Positions 25,791-38,565 of a stretch of DNA of 64,000 nt are shown here, in pieces. Under the pieces are notes generated by a model. The model ran no database searches. It saw only the letters and a list, made by a program, of their open reading frames with translations, and was not told the DNA's origin. The stretch is from NCBI GenBank assembly GCA_030390025.1, contig CM059429.1:143096001-143160000 (forward strand). Reading direction: 5' to 3'. Each line of letters starts with the position of its first letter. Position 1 is the stretch's first letter. Made by a program: the position numbers and the translations under genes. This DNA comes from Squalus acanthias. Lineage: Eukaryota.

Positions 25791-26123
25791 TGCACACAGA
25801 GTAATTTCAACCATTTTATGTACAACTTCCTATTAATAGTCTTTTGTATTTCATAATTATTTGGGCTACTTGATAATTGACCAGTTAGGTACTTGATTCT
25901 CAAACAAACCAATATGAAATCTAATCCCAAAGTTTCCTATTAATTGAATATGGTTGTCTGAATTGAATGAATTTGATCAAATTTTCTCAAAGACTCTATC
26001 ATTATATCCTGCAAAGTACCTGCACGTTCTGAGTCATGACAAATTGCGATTTGTCAAACCGAGTCCTTGACACTGTAAAAGGTAGTCAATTATGTCGGGT
26101 GGCACTCTGTGCCAATTCAAAGC

Positions 26124-26265
26124 ATACTTACCTGGCAGGGGAGAGACCATGATCAAGAAGGTGGTTCTCCCAGGACGAGGCTATCCCATTGCACTTTGGA
26201 TGTGCTGACGCCTGCGATGTCCCCAAATTTGTGGTAGTGGGGGACTGCGTTCGCGCTCTCCCCTG
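26124..26265 (+). ncRNA. RNU1: U1 snRNA copy (variant or pseudogene) with a 22-nt internal deletion
   Basis: ATACTTACCTGGCAGGGGAGA 5' end, ATTGCAC loop II, AATTTGTGG Sm site and GGGGGACTGCGTTCGCGCTCTCCCCTG 3' stem; 142 nt versus the canonical 164. Confidence 0.93.
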
Positions 26266-26296
26266 GTTTTCAACTCAATCTTAGAGTGTCTTGAAA

Positions 26297-26530
26297 AACA
26301 TAAGAGCAGGAGTAGCCCATAAGGCCCCTCAAGCCTGCTCCGCCATTCAATAAGATCATGGCTGATCATCGACCTCAACTCCACTTTCCCGCCCGATCTC
26401 CATGTCCTTTCATTCCCCTAGAGTCCAAAAATCTATCTATCTCAGCCTTGAATATACTCAAAGACGCAGCATTCACAGCCCTCTGGGGCAGAGAGTTCCA
26501 AAGATTCACAACCCTCTGAGTGAAGAAATT
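26297..26530 (-). mobile_element. CR1 LINE 3' end
   Basis: AACATAAGAGCAGGAGTAG...GATCATGGCTGATC...CACAACCCTCTGAGTGAAGAAATT. Confidence 0.85.
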
Positions 26531-26580
26531 ACTCTATCAAGCAGGAGAATGTACAAGCGCAGTATTTAAAAAAAAAACAC

Positions 26581-26885
26581 CAGTTCCTAGTGTGCATGGG
26601 CCTACAACACAAAACTCTTCCTGATTTGGCAATAATGAGCAATCAGAGAGGCCACAGGGTGGCTGGTGTCGGAAATGAACATAATGTCATCTTGTGGTAG
26701 GAGTTGCCCTTTTGAGATTGGGGCTGAGGCAAATTGCTGTGGCAGAGTAGAGGGGGTTTTATTCTGTATCTATCTGTGCTAAACCTGACCTGGGAGGGCT
26801 CCATACTGACACTGAACACTTGAAATAAGAAGAATTTCATTCTTCTGCATCAAGCCTCCCTTGCCTTGATGAGAACAAAACATCA
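26581..26885 (+). mobile_element. LF-SINE-related ancient SINE fragment
   Basis: Colinear blocks resembling the recalled LF-SINE consensus: CAGTTCCTAGTG, CACAAAAC, TTGGCAATAAT, CAGAGAGGCCA, GGGCTGAGGCAAATTG. Confidence 0.6.
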
Positions 26886-27075
26886 AAAATAATTGATTTA
26901 GTTAGTGATCTTAAGTCAGTGGCCCTGATGATACGTTGTTCGTCACTTGCCATAACTCCCCCACCCACCCTCCCCCGTCATAAAAGTGAATGCTCCAACT
27001 CGCCATGACCATTGCCACAGGCGATTAGGTAATCCATCTGTAATATATTAACAACAACCACCTCTGCTTATATAG

Positions 27076-27338
27076 CATCTGGGAACACCACCACCTCCAA
27101 GTTCCCCTCCAAGTCACACACCATCCTGACTTGGAAGTATATCACCGATCCTTCATCGTCACTGGGTCAAAATCGTGGAACTTCCTACCCAACAGCACTG
27201 TGGGAGTACCTTCACCACACGGACTGCAGCGGTTCAAGAAGGCGGCTCGCCACCACCTTCTCAAGGGCAACTAGAGATGGGCAATAAATGCTGACCTTGC
27301 CAGCAACGCCCACATCCCAGGAAGGAATTAAAAAAAAT
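27076..27338 (+). mobile_element. Non-LTR retrotransposon 3' end (family B) with A tail
   Basis: Encodes SWNFLPNSTVGVPSPHGLQRFKKAARHHLLKGN*; poly-A tail. Confidence 0.8.
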
Positions 27339-27876
27339 AAAGTAAGAAAACATCCCAAGGCGCTTCACAGAAAAGTCTGGTGTGCAGTCATACCAAACCT
27401 TTAATAAATTATAGACAGGCCAGCAGTACGTGTACACTTCCCATCAACTAACATTTACCATCAATGTCACATTGGGCCGAGTTGTGCCATAGTGGGTGGG
27501 GTGTGGGGGAGAACTTGGCTGAATCTCAGCATTTTAAATTGACTAGATTTCCTCACTGCTGGTTGTGGGGCTGGGTGGGGGTTATTACAAGTGTTTCTCC
27601 AGCAGTATATTATCAAAGAAACTGATTTAGTATCCACATAAATATGCACATAATCGGAGAATGCGAGCCCAAAATATTACTAACACTTCTACAATACTCT
27701 AATTAAAACACAATTTGAATGACTCATTCATCATAAATCAGTGACCTGATAATATATTGTACGTAAAATAGCATAAAACAATATATTCTCTGATGTACTG
27801 TGCGCATTGTGGTACTGAATGGTTTTTCATACTGGCTACAATTGCAAGGTCAGAAGCATCCAATACAAAATTAGAT

Positions 27877-30385
27877 GTAGAATCATAGAATAGAACCATA
27901 GAATCTTACAACACAGAAGGAGGCCATTCAGCCCGTTGTGCTGTGCCAGCACTTTGAAAGAGTTATCCAATTTAGTCCCAAATACCACCTTTTTCCCCTT
28001 AACCCTGCAAATTAGTCCTCTTCAAATACATGTCCAATTGCCTTTTGAATGTTCCTGTGGAATCTGCCTCCAACACCCTTTCAGGTAGTGCATTCCAGAT
28101 TTTAACAACTCTCTGTGTGAAGAAATTTCTCATCATTTCCCCTCTAGTTCTTTTGCCAATTATTTTAAATCTATGACCTCTGATTACCGATCCACTTGCC
28201 AGTGGAAACAGTTTCTCCCTATTTGCTCTATCAAAACCCCTCATAATTTTGAATACCTCTATTAGGTCTCCCATTACCCTTCTCTGCTCTAAGGGGAACA
28301 ATCCCAGCTTCTCCAATCTGTCCACATAACTGAAGGCCCTCATCCCTGGTATCATCCTGGTAAACCCCCTCTGTACCCTCTCAAGGCCTTGAAATCCTTC
28401 CTAATGTGTGGTGCCCAGAATTGTACACAATACTCAGCTGAGGCCTAACCAGAGATTTATAATGGTTTAGCATGACTTCCTTGTTTTTGCATCCAGTGCC
28501 CCTATTTACAAAACCAAGTATCCCATACGCTTTCTTAACTGCCTTATCAACTTGCCCTGCCACCTTCAAAGATTTGTGAATATACACCCCTAGGTTCCTC
28601 TGCTCTTGCCCCCCTGTCAAAATAGCACCATTTAGATTATACTGCCTCTCCATGTGGTTTCTCCCAAAGTGCATCACTTCTCATTTATCTGCATTAAGTT
28701 GGATCTGCCATGTGTCCGTCCATTTCATCAGTCTGTCTAGGTCCTCCTGAAGTCTGCTCCTATCCTGTTCACTATTTACTACATTGCCAAGTTTTGTATC
28801 ATCCACAAACTTCGAAATTGTACTCCCTATACCCAAGTCCAGGTCATTTATATATAACAAGAAAACCAATGGTCTTAATACTGATCATGATGCGGAGATG
28901 CCGGTGTTGGACTGACCCCTGGAGGACCCACTGCATACTTCTCTCCAGTCAGGAAAACATCCTTCCACCACTGCTCTCTACCACTTATCCCTTAGCCAAT
29001 TATGTACCCAAGTTACCACCGTCCCTTTAATACCACGTGCTTCTATTTTCTGAATAGCTTTGTTATGTGGTACTTTATCAAATGCTTTTTGAAAGTCCAT
29101 ATATACAACATTACTGCACTCCCTTCATCAACCCTTTCTGTTACTTCATCAAAGAACTCAATCAGGTTAGTCAGACACGATTTGCCTTTAACAAATCCAT
29201 GCTGGCTGTCCCTTATTAACCCATGCTTCTCTAAGTGAGAATTAATTTTGTCCTTGACAATGGTCTCTAGTAGTTTTCCCACCACTGACGTTAGAATGAC
29301 TGGCCTGTAGTTACCAGGTTTAGCCCTCTTCCCTTTTTTGAACAGGTGTGTAACATTTGCAATCCTTCAATACTCTGGCGCCACTCCAATATCCAAGGAG
29401 GATTGAAAGATTATGATCAGAGCTTCTGCTATCTCCACCCTAGCTTCCCCCAGCAACCTAGGATGCATCCCAACTGGACTGGGTGACTTGTTAACTTTGA
29501 GTGATGCTAACCTACTTAGCACCTCTTTTCTATCTATTTTTATCCTATCCAATATCTCTACTCCCCCCTCCTCTACTGTGACATTAACTTCATCCTATTT
29601 TGTGAAGACAGATGCACAGTACTCACTCAGTACCTCAGTCATGCCCTCTGCCTCCACAGGAAAGTTTCCATTTTTGTCCCTAATCGGCCCCACCACTCCT
29701 TTAACTATCCTTTCACTTTTTATATTTTTATAAAAGACTTTTGGCTTCCCTTTCATGTTATATGCTAATCTTTTCTCATACTCTCTCTTTGCCCTTCTTG
29801 TATCCTTTTTCACTCCTGCACTCTCTGTATACTGCCTGGTTTTCGATTTTATTCTATACCTGACATTTGTCATAAACCTCCTTATTCTGTTTTATTTTAA
29901 CCTCTATTTCCTTTGTCATCCAGGGAGCTCTAGCTTTGGATGCCCCATCTTTTCTCCGATGGGAATATGCCTGGTTTGTACCCAAACTACCTCTGCCTTG
30001 AAGGCCTGCCATTGCTCACTTGTTGTTTTCCTGACCAATCTTTGTTTCCAGTCCACCTGTGCTAAATCCCTTCTCAAATCACTGAAATTGGCTCTCTTCC
30101 AGTTGGGTATTTTCACCTTTGATTTTTCTTTGTCCCTTTCCATAACTACTTTAAACCTAATTATATTATGATCACTATTACCCAGATGTTCTCCCACTGA
30201 AATGCACTCCACTTGCCCTACTTCATTCCCCAGAGCTAGATCCAGCACTGCTTCCTTCCTCATTGGGCTAGAAACATACTGATTAAGAAAGTTCTCCTGC
30301 ACACATTTTAAGAATTATTTACCCTCCTTGCCCTTTACTCTGTTTTCCCCCCCCTCTATATTAGGGTAATCGAAGTCTACTCATT
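27877..30385 (-). mobile_element. CR1 LINE (late endonuclease region to 3' end), degenerate
   Basis: ORF pieces LDLALGNE...LGNSDHNII, SQHGFVKGKSCLTNL, ISKFVDDTKL, WNALPERV; tail (TAGAATCA)n. Confidence 0.95.
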
Positions 30386-33300
30386 GTAGATTGGTAAATT
30401 TAGGAACTTGTATTTACTTAAAGAGTGAGTCACTGTCAGGATCCCTTTTAATATGTAATTCCAAAGAGTTATGATTATCATTAGTATCCTATTGTTTTGT
30501 TCTGTCAATCACTCCAATATTTATGACTATATCTCTAATATTAATTTACTCCCCTCACGTTCAGCTCTCAATATCTCCATGTACTACTGAGAATGTCGTC
30601 AACATTCACTGTCTATGTAAATATTATTTTAAAACTATCAACAGAAATGAACAGAAAGAGCGTTAATGCTAATCATAGTTCCCTGTATCGGATTTTTAAA
30701 AAGGGATCTTGATGGTAAGATTGCCTCTTTAAGTTTACTAGATACAACTTATTTCCATTATTATTTAAAATTACATACTGCATAAATGTTAAAGAATATT
30801 CGGCCCTGTACAATGTGATGCTGATTCATTGTTTTAAGCAAATGGACGGCTCCACATAGAAAATAAAGGTAAACAGAGCTTCCGGGTCATGCTGACGCCT
30901 CAACGTGCACCTGCACCCCTACATATCCTGGTGTCGTTAACACAGATGCAGTGCCAGCCTAGGTTTTCACAAATGGTTTTACCCTTATAAATATTCATTT
31001 AAGAAGAATTTGTGCTGAAGTATTAACAGGTACGTTTGATGGAAAAATTGTACGGTATTTTTAACTATAATGTAAAATGGTTTTAAAATGGCACCTACCT
31101 GGGTGTTGCAAAATGGTTTTCAAATAGCAAGTAACAATGTACGGTTGTAATATTTCTGTGGAAACTTTTTCTAATGTTTATCGCTGTACTTGAAAAATAT
31201 GTAAGATGTGTCATTTGGTGCGCAAACAAGATAAAATGCGTATTGTAGACAAAATATTGTAATTTAACAGGAATTTACGGTACTCAGTTAACAGGAAACA
31301 ATACAGTGGGCGTTGACAGAAAATGTTTCAGGTTTTTTTAATTTCCATTCAACTCAACACAAATATTCATTTGTCATCTATTGATTTCAAAAAGTACTCA
31401 TGAATAAGATGCAAGTTCATAATATCCCATCACAATTACTTTGAGCACTGGATTGTAATTAGTTGGTGGTATTTCTTAGTTCACAACTGAAGGATAGTTT
31501 AGCCAAACTAAAGCTAGCCTAACAGCTGGTACATAAAAGGATCCTGTGAAAAGTATTATTCAGTCATTTCAGGTAAGCAAGAATTTTTTTTATTGGTAAC
31601 CGACGAAAAATTGTTTTAGCACGTGGTAACATCAAAATTTGAAAATTACTGAATGTTTATCCCAATGATGTGGGATTGTTCAGTATGTTGAATGTGTTTT
31701 ATATTATACTTTAGCTACTGAAACCTTATAATCAGAAATGGTGTATCCTTAGAAAACTCAGCTACAGATAATACTTGAATATAAGTTATTCATCTCCAAA
31801 TCTTTGACAGAAGTTAGAAGTAGCCTGGTAGCAACAGCCCTAGGTTGCTGGACTCTTAAAATATAAGGCCAGAGTTCAAAGCCCAGTTCTGACTCTGTTT
31901 AATTTAACTTGCTTTAGTGGATGAGTTTAGGAAGTAAATGAATTTCATAAGCCCTTGACTAAATCACTGGGGGATAGAAAGGGAAATATACCAGGACAAG
32001 TCCTGCCCAGTAGAAACAGACTCGAGTGAAATCCACGGTCTGTGCTCACAAAGCTGCTCCATCCACTCAAGAGTGGGGAAAGATGAACAATGTCAGGCTT
32101 TTTAACTCCAAATGAAGTGAAGCTTCCAAAAGTCACTATGCTAAGAAATCCAACTAAAGGATTGTGGAATTTGTCTCAACATTGGTAAGTGAATTAGGTG
32201 TTGGACGTGGACCTGCAATACATTTGTTAGAACCACAGGCTACGTTTAACCTGTTGAAGAATTCAGAATTTCTGCACCAAATTTTTCTTCAAAAATATGT
32301 GAGCAGACCCAGGCCATGGTGAAAAACAGATAGACAAATATCCAAGCCTCAAAATTCTGCTCAAGGTGGAGTATGGGCGGAATTCTGGTGGAGTTGTGGT
32401 GAGGGGTTGCAATTTGGGAATAACCCGGCTCCACCGAGTTTCCACTCCATCTAAACTATTGTGCTGGGGAGCGGAGAGATGCTGGCAGGGGCTTCTTCTG
32501 TCCACTCCACTCAACGTCAAGCTGAGAGGAGGTGTAGGTCCCATTCTGGGCCTAGTGAAGGCCCTGAGAGCGCAAAGTCCAATAATAGGGACGCAGACAC
32601 CTGCCCCTATTATTTAAATGACGCTGTTCCTGGGATTTGGGTCACTGCGGGAGCATAGTGGTAAGCAGAATTTCCATCCCGCCACACTTCTGGCAGTGTA
32701 AGTTTGCTGTGGGATTTCTGGGCTCCAGTTTTTAGAAATTATTTTAAATAGGATGACACAAGATTTGTGTAGTTGAATTCATTCTGATCTTCTTGCCACT
32801 GTAGGTAGTGTTTCACGTATTCCTGTCAAGGGTCCAACATCTTTACTCTTAGGATGGTACAGAAATACCGATACCATTAAGCAGACACATTTTCTGTTGA
32901 CTACTTGGAATGTTACTAATAGTCATTTAGTAAAATTGTTGCCATTGTAACACAGTTCCAAAAACAAGAATTAATCTGCCAAACTATTTTTTTCCCGATT
33001 GTATGCCGAGGTTCAAATTGGCTTCAACAAACAACAAGTATATATTTTGACATACCAATTAGAAAAGAATAATATTTTGCTCCTTAGTTTATGGTTATTT
33101 TAACAAGTGTTTTATTTTGTGTAAATGTTGGGCGTACTGCTGTTTTTAAGAATGTGAGTTTTTCTTTTCATCTTTCCACAGTGCCTCAATGCATGTTCTA
33201 GCTGTGTAAGCAAACTGGGTTGTTTTCTCTGTAGAAAATATCCTATTAAAAGCTCTCAAACATAACGCTAAAAGTCAAATTCTTATATACTAGTCTGATA

Positions 33301-34084
33301 TCAGCAGCTTTCTGATATAGGCACATTGGATTTGGTTCCAATTCATTCTTAGCTACAATCAAAATAATTTGAAGAGATTTCAGCAAATTCTTGTTATAGT
33401 TAGATATTGGCTTTTTTCTGACACATTGCATGCTGCAGGATTCAATTATAAGTAAACTGACTGCAATTGAGAATTCGATTTATAATCCAATCTGAATTGT
33501 GTCCATTTTTAAGCTTGGTCACCTCCACACCATTCTCAAGGGTCAAGCTGTCTGCACTGCTGAGAAAACAGATGTGTGGAATGGTTGCTCTGCAAACGAG
33601 ATGGGTGCCTCACGTTGTCAACCAGCTCTGCACTCGGATGGTAGATGAAACTATGATAAGGTGCAGAGCAGCATTACTACACAGGAAATCCACAAGCTTA
33701 GAGGTAGTTCCACTCATATAAACTCACCGCAATTAAGATGCTTTTGAAACATCTTATAAACCACACTGAAAACATACTGCAAACAGCGAGAAATGCGTTA
33801 TGCCACACGGAAGACAGAAGTTCACAGGGTTTTAAAGCAACGTCGCAATAAGTTTGAGCGAAATTCAGATGGAATAGACAGTTCTAAATATTGGAACCAG
33901 AATGTTGATAAGGGGGAGGGGTGACATATTGAATCGGTGAAGCCACATGTGGCTTGAAGGTACAACTGGAAATTAGCAGTTTGGGTCCAATACTAATATT
34001 CTGTTGACAGCACTTTAAGGACTGATTCTGGGGAAAAAATAGATGAGACTCAGCTCATCTAATTGAGAAATTGGGCTGAAAAAT

Positions 34085-34600
34085 TAATTAGAGAAGAAAG
34101 GGACATTGGCAATGGGGTGGTAGTTGACGAGGCAGATAGCTGAGGGTTACGTTTTTAAGAAAGTGGTTGATGGCAGCAATTTTCAAATGAACAGGAACCG
34201 TGCCTGAGTAAAGGGGAACCATTGACAATGCCACTAGCAAGGGGGCCAGGATGGGTAATTGAATCGTCACAAGCTGAGCGGGGAGAGGAATCAAGGGAGC
34301 AGGAAGTGGGTCTCATGGAAGAGATAAGCTTAGGGAGGGAGGGGAAGATGGAAGAGAAATTGGAGAGTGATGGGAGATTGGAACTAGAGTGGCTGGGAGA
34401 TTGGGGAGAGAGAGGGGAGGTCGAGGTGAGGGAATCAGCTGCACAGATGGTCTCATTTTTAGAGATGAAGAAATCCATAAGTACTTTAGACTTTGCACTG
34501 GAGTTGAGGGTGAAGGACGCAGGGTAAGGGATTTGAGGAGGTGGTTAGTCCTCAGGTTGTCCGTGCATTCAAGATGATCCTGGATTAGTAGGAGGATGCA
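34085..34600 (-). mobile_element. L2 LINE fragment
   Basis: ORF pieces FFISKNETI...MRPTSCSLD and GTVPVHLKIAAI, typical of L2 pre-RT sequence. Confidence 0.75.
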
Positions 34601-34885
34601 GCAGAAGGTTTTTACAGATAACGCCCTTATAAAACATTTAGGATTATATGATAATTCAGGATCATAGTGTTCCCTTTTAATATTTTGAAAAGCACAATTT
34701 CTGTATAATCACTTTTTGTAGCTGTTTCTCCCTACATAGACATGTCCTTAGTTTAGCCACACTTAGATCACTGTGAAATCGATTTCAACGCTCTGACTGA
34801 GTATCGCAATACTGAAAATTCCCTGATATATTCAATACTCACTCAGAAGAGTGATTTTAGAATTTTACCTGTTCCTTTCTCTCAT

Positions 34886-37636
34886 AGGAGGAGGTAGTAG
34901 AGAAATTAGATAAAATAAAAATAGATAAAGAGGAGGTACTTAAAAGTTTGACATTCCTCAAAGTAGAAAAGTCACCCGGTACAGATGGGATGCATCCTAG
35001 GTTGCTGAGGGAAGTAAGGGTGGAGATTGCGGAGGCTCTGGCCACAATCTTCCAATCCTCCTTGGATACGGGAGTTGTGCCAGAGGACTGGAGGATTGCA
35101 AATGTTACACCTGTTCAAAAAAGGGGAGATGGATAAACCTGGCAATTACAGGCCAGTTAGCCTAACATCGGTGGTGGGGAAACTTTTAGAAACAATAATC
35201 CGAGACAAAATTAATTGTCACTTGGAAAAATATGGGTGCATAAATGACAGCCAGCATGGATTTGTTAAAGGCAAATTGTGTTTGACTAACTTAATTGAGT
35301 TCTTTGATTACAGTAACGGAGAGGATTGAGGAGGGTAGTGCAGCTGGTGTTGTTGTGTATATGGACTTTCAAAAGGTGTTTGATAAAGTACCACTTAATA
35401 GACTTGTTCGAAGAATTGAAGCCCATAGGAATAAAGAGGCAGTGGCAGCGTGGATACGAAATTGGCTAAGAGACAGAAAGCAGAGAGTGCTGCTCTTTTT
35501 CATATATATTAATGTCCTGGATTTAGATTCATAGAATCATAGAAAGGTTACAGCATGGAAGGAGGCCATTTGGCCCATCAAACCCGTGCCGGCTCTCTGC
35601 AAGAGCACTTCAGCTTGTCCCCACCCACCCCTTTTCCCCGTAGCCCTGCAATTTTTTTTCCTTCAGGTACTTATCCAATTCCCTTTTGAAAGCCACGATT
35701 GAGTCTGCCGCCACCACCCTCTCTGGCAGTGCATTCAAGATCCTAACCACTCGCTGCGTAAAATAGTTTCTCCTCATGTCGCCTTTGGTTCTTCTGCCAA
35801 TCACCTTAAATCTGTGTCCTCCGGTTCTCGACCCTTCTGCCAATGGGAACAGTTTCTCTCTATCTACTCTGTCTAGACCCCTCATGATTTTGAACACCTC
35901 TATCAAATCTCCTCTCAACCTTCTCTGCTCTAAGGAGAACAATCCCAGCTTCTCCAGCCTGTCCACATAACTGAAGTCCCTCATTCCTGGGATCATTCTT
36001 GTAAATCTTTTCTGCATCCTCTCTAAGGCCTTCACATCCTTCCTAAAGTGCGGTGCCCAGAATTGGACACAATACTCCAGTTGAGGCTCAACCAGTGTTT
36101 TATAAAGGTTCATTGTAACTTCCTTGCTTTTGTACTCTATGCCTCTATTTATGAAGCCCAGTATCCCATATGCATTTTTACCCGCTTTCTCAACCTGCCC
36201 TGCCACCTTCAATGATTTGTGCACATATACCCCCAGGTCTCTCTCTTCATGCACCCCCTTTAGAATTGTACCCTTTAGTTTATATTGCCTTTCCTTGTTC
36301 TTCCTACCAAAATGTAACACTTCGGACTTTTCTGCGTTAAATTTCATCTGCCACGTGTCTGCCCATTCCACCAGCCTGTCTATGTCCTCTTGAAGTCTAT
36401 CACTATCCTTCTCACTGTTCACTATACTTCCAAGTTTTGTGTCATCTGCAAATTTTGAAATTGTGCCCTGTACACGCAAGTCCAAGTCATTGATATATAT
36501 CAAGAAAAGCAGTGGTCCTAGTACCGACCCCTGGGGAACACCACTGTGTACCTTCCTCCAGTCTGAAAAACAACCGTTCACCACTACTCTCTGCTTCCTA
36601 TCACTTAGCCAATTTCGTATCCATGTTGCCACTGTCCTTTTTATTCCATGGGCTTCAACTTTGCTGGCAAGCCTATTATGTGGCACTTTATTAAACGCCT
36701 TTTAGAAATCCATGTACACCACATAATTTCAAAGTTTGCAGATGAAATGAAACTTGGAAATGTAATAAACTGTGAGGGGGGATAGTAACAGACTTCAGGA
36801 GGACATAGACAGACTGGTGAAATGGGTAGACATATGGCAGATGCAATTTAATGCAGAAAAGTGTGAAGTGATGCATTTTGCTAGGAAGAATAAGGAGGCA
36901 ATTTAAACAAAATAGTACAATTTTAAAGGGGGTGCAGGAACAGAGAGACCTGGGGGTGTACGTACACAAGTCTTTCAAGGCGGCAGGACAAGTTGAGAAG
37001 GCTGTTAAAAAAGCTTATGGGATGTTTGGTTTTATAAACAGAGGCGTCGAGTTCAAAAGCAAGGAAGTTATGCTAAACTTTTATAAAACACTGGTTAGGC
37101 CCCAGCTGGACTATTGTGGTCAATTCTGGGCACCATAGTTTAGGAAAGATGTCAAGACCTTATAAAGGGTGCAGAGGAGATTTACTAGAATGATACCAGA
37201 GATGCAGAACTTCAGTTATGTGGAAAGACTAGAGAAGCTGGGATTATTCTCCTTAGAGCAGAGAAGGTTAAGGGGAGATTTAATAGAGGTGTTCAAAATC
37301 ATGAAGGGTTTTAATATAGTAAACAAGGAGAAACTGTTTCCGGTGCCAGAAGGGTCAGCAACCAGGGATACAGATTTAAGGTAACTGGCCAAAGAACCAA
37401 AGGCGACATGAGGAGAAATTTGTTTACACAGCGAATTGTTATGATCAGGAATGCAGGTGGTGGAAGCAGATTCAATAATAACTTTCAAAAGGGAATTGGA
37501 TAAATACTTGAAGGGGAAAAATTTGCAGGGCTATGGAGAAAGGGAAGGGGAGTGGAACTGATTGGCTAGCTCTTTCAAAGAGCCGGCACAGGCACAATGG
37601 GCTGACTGTGCTGTATCATTCTATGATTCTATGATG
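34886..37636 (+). mobile_element. CR1 LINE (host copy) split by an antisense CR1 insertion
   Basis: 34886-35527 and 36722-37636 are colinear CR1 pieces (…YINVLDL | IISKFAD…); ATTCTATG tail at the 3' end. Confidence 0.9.
35528..36723 (-). mobile_element. Young 5'-truncated CR1 with an uninterrupted 358-codon RT C-terminal ORF (35610-36686)
   Basis: GVPQGSVLGP, ISKFADDTKL, LEYCVQFWAP; no stops; CR1 3' UTR and tail. Confidence 0.95.
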
Positions 37637-37794
37637 ACAATTCTCCTTGTTTTTGGTATGAGCTCCCTGTTCTTCAAATAGATCTCATGGAATGTTTTAT
37701 GTTCACCTGATCAGGCAGACGTGGCCGAGAAGAATGAGACCCAATAGCACTTGTCCAGCCAAATCTGGTGATGGATGGCTAACCTAGTTGTGAG

Positions 37795-38565
37795 CCAGAT
37801 ATGCTAAAGATTGTACGCCTTCAACTTGAAGGAGCAAAACTTGGGGCCATTCCAGGAGAAACAATCAGGATGGGGACAAGAGCATCCAGGGTGAGGTGAA
37901 GGAGTGGTTGAGCAGATTGACAGCTGCAGAAATATCGTGTTGAATGCAGGCCAAAGCCTAGGCAGTTGGCGGCTTAAAAATGCAATTGTAAGTGACTTGG
38001 GAGAGAGCTTTTTCCAAAGGTGGATGCAGAAGGAAGTGGAGTTGGTAGGAGGTAGGAGGATGTTTCTAGTGAGGGAGAAAAAGAAAGGGTCAGAGATGGT
38101 CTTATCTATGATCAGAGACGCTACATGAGATTGCAAGGTCAATAGGTGGCTGTGAATAAGGGTAGGAGAGTTTATATGGAGGGAGAGGTTTAGCGGGCAC
38201 AAGAGGCCAGTGAAATCAGAGGAGAGAGAGCAAGGTACATTCAGATGGAGATTGAATTCACCAAGGATGAGAACTCGCTCAGTGCAGAGGCTGGGAGTAT
38301 ATCTCAGGGAAAAACTTGGGATGGGGCTTGGGGGGTAGTAGAGAATGAGGATTTTAAAGGAGAGGTGAGAGGAGTAGAACGTGGTGAGGAGCTGACAAGG
38401 AGGAGAAGCTGCCAGAGATGTAGGGTGAGAGGGCAAGATTTGATATCAATGGGTACACCATCACCATGACAGTTTGGCACATGGTGAAAAGTATAGTCCG
38501 GCACGGGAGGCTTCAGTTAAGGGAAAGATGTTGCATACACGAGCTAAGTTTCCATCAAAGCCATG
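37795..38565 (-). mobile_element. L2 LINE endonuclease-region fragment
   Basis: YTFHHVP...GDGV, LILYYPP, VLILGEFNLHLN, HINSPT, ISD motifs. Confidence 0.75.

Noticed and set aside
31440-33210. Isolated strong splice signals (donors near 31572 and 32184, acceptor near 33181)
   Set aside because: No consistent open frame or homology; cannot be supported without transcript data.
35610-36686. 358-aa ORF as a functional or domesticated reverse transcriptase
   Set aside because: A 5'-truncated CR1 lacking the N-terminal RT motifs and endonuclease; openness reflects young age.
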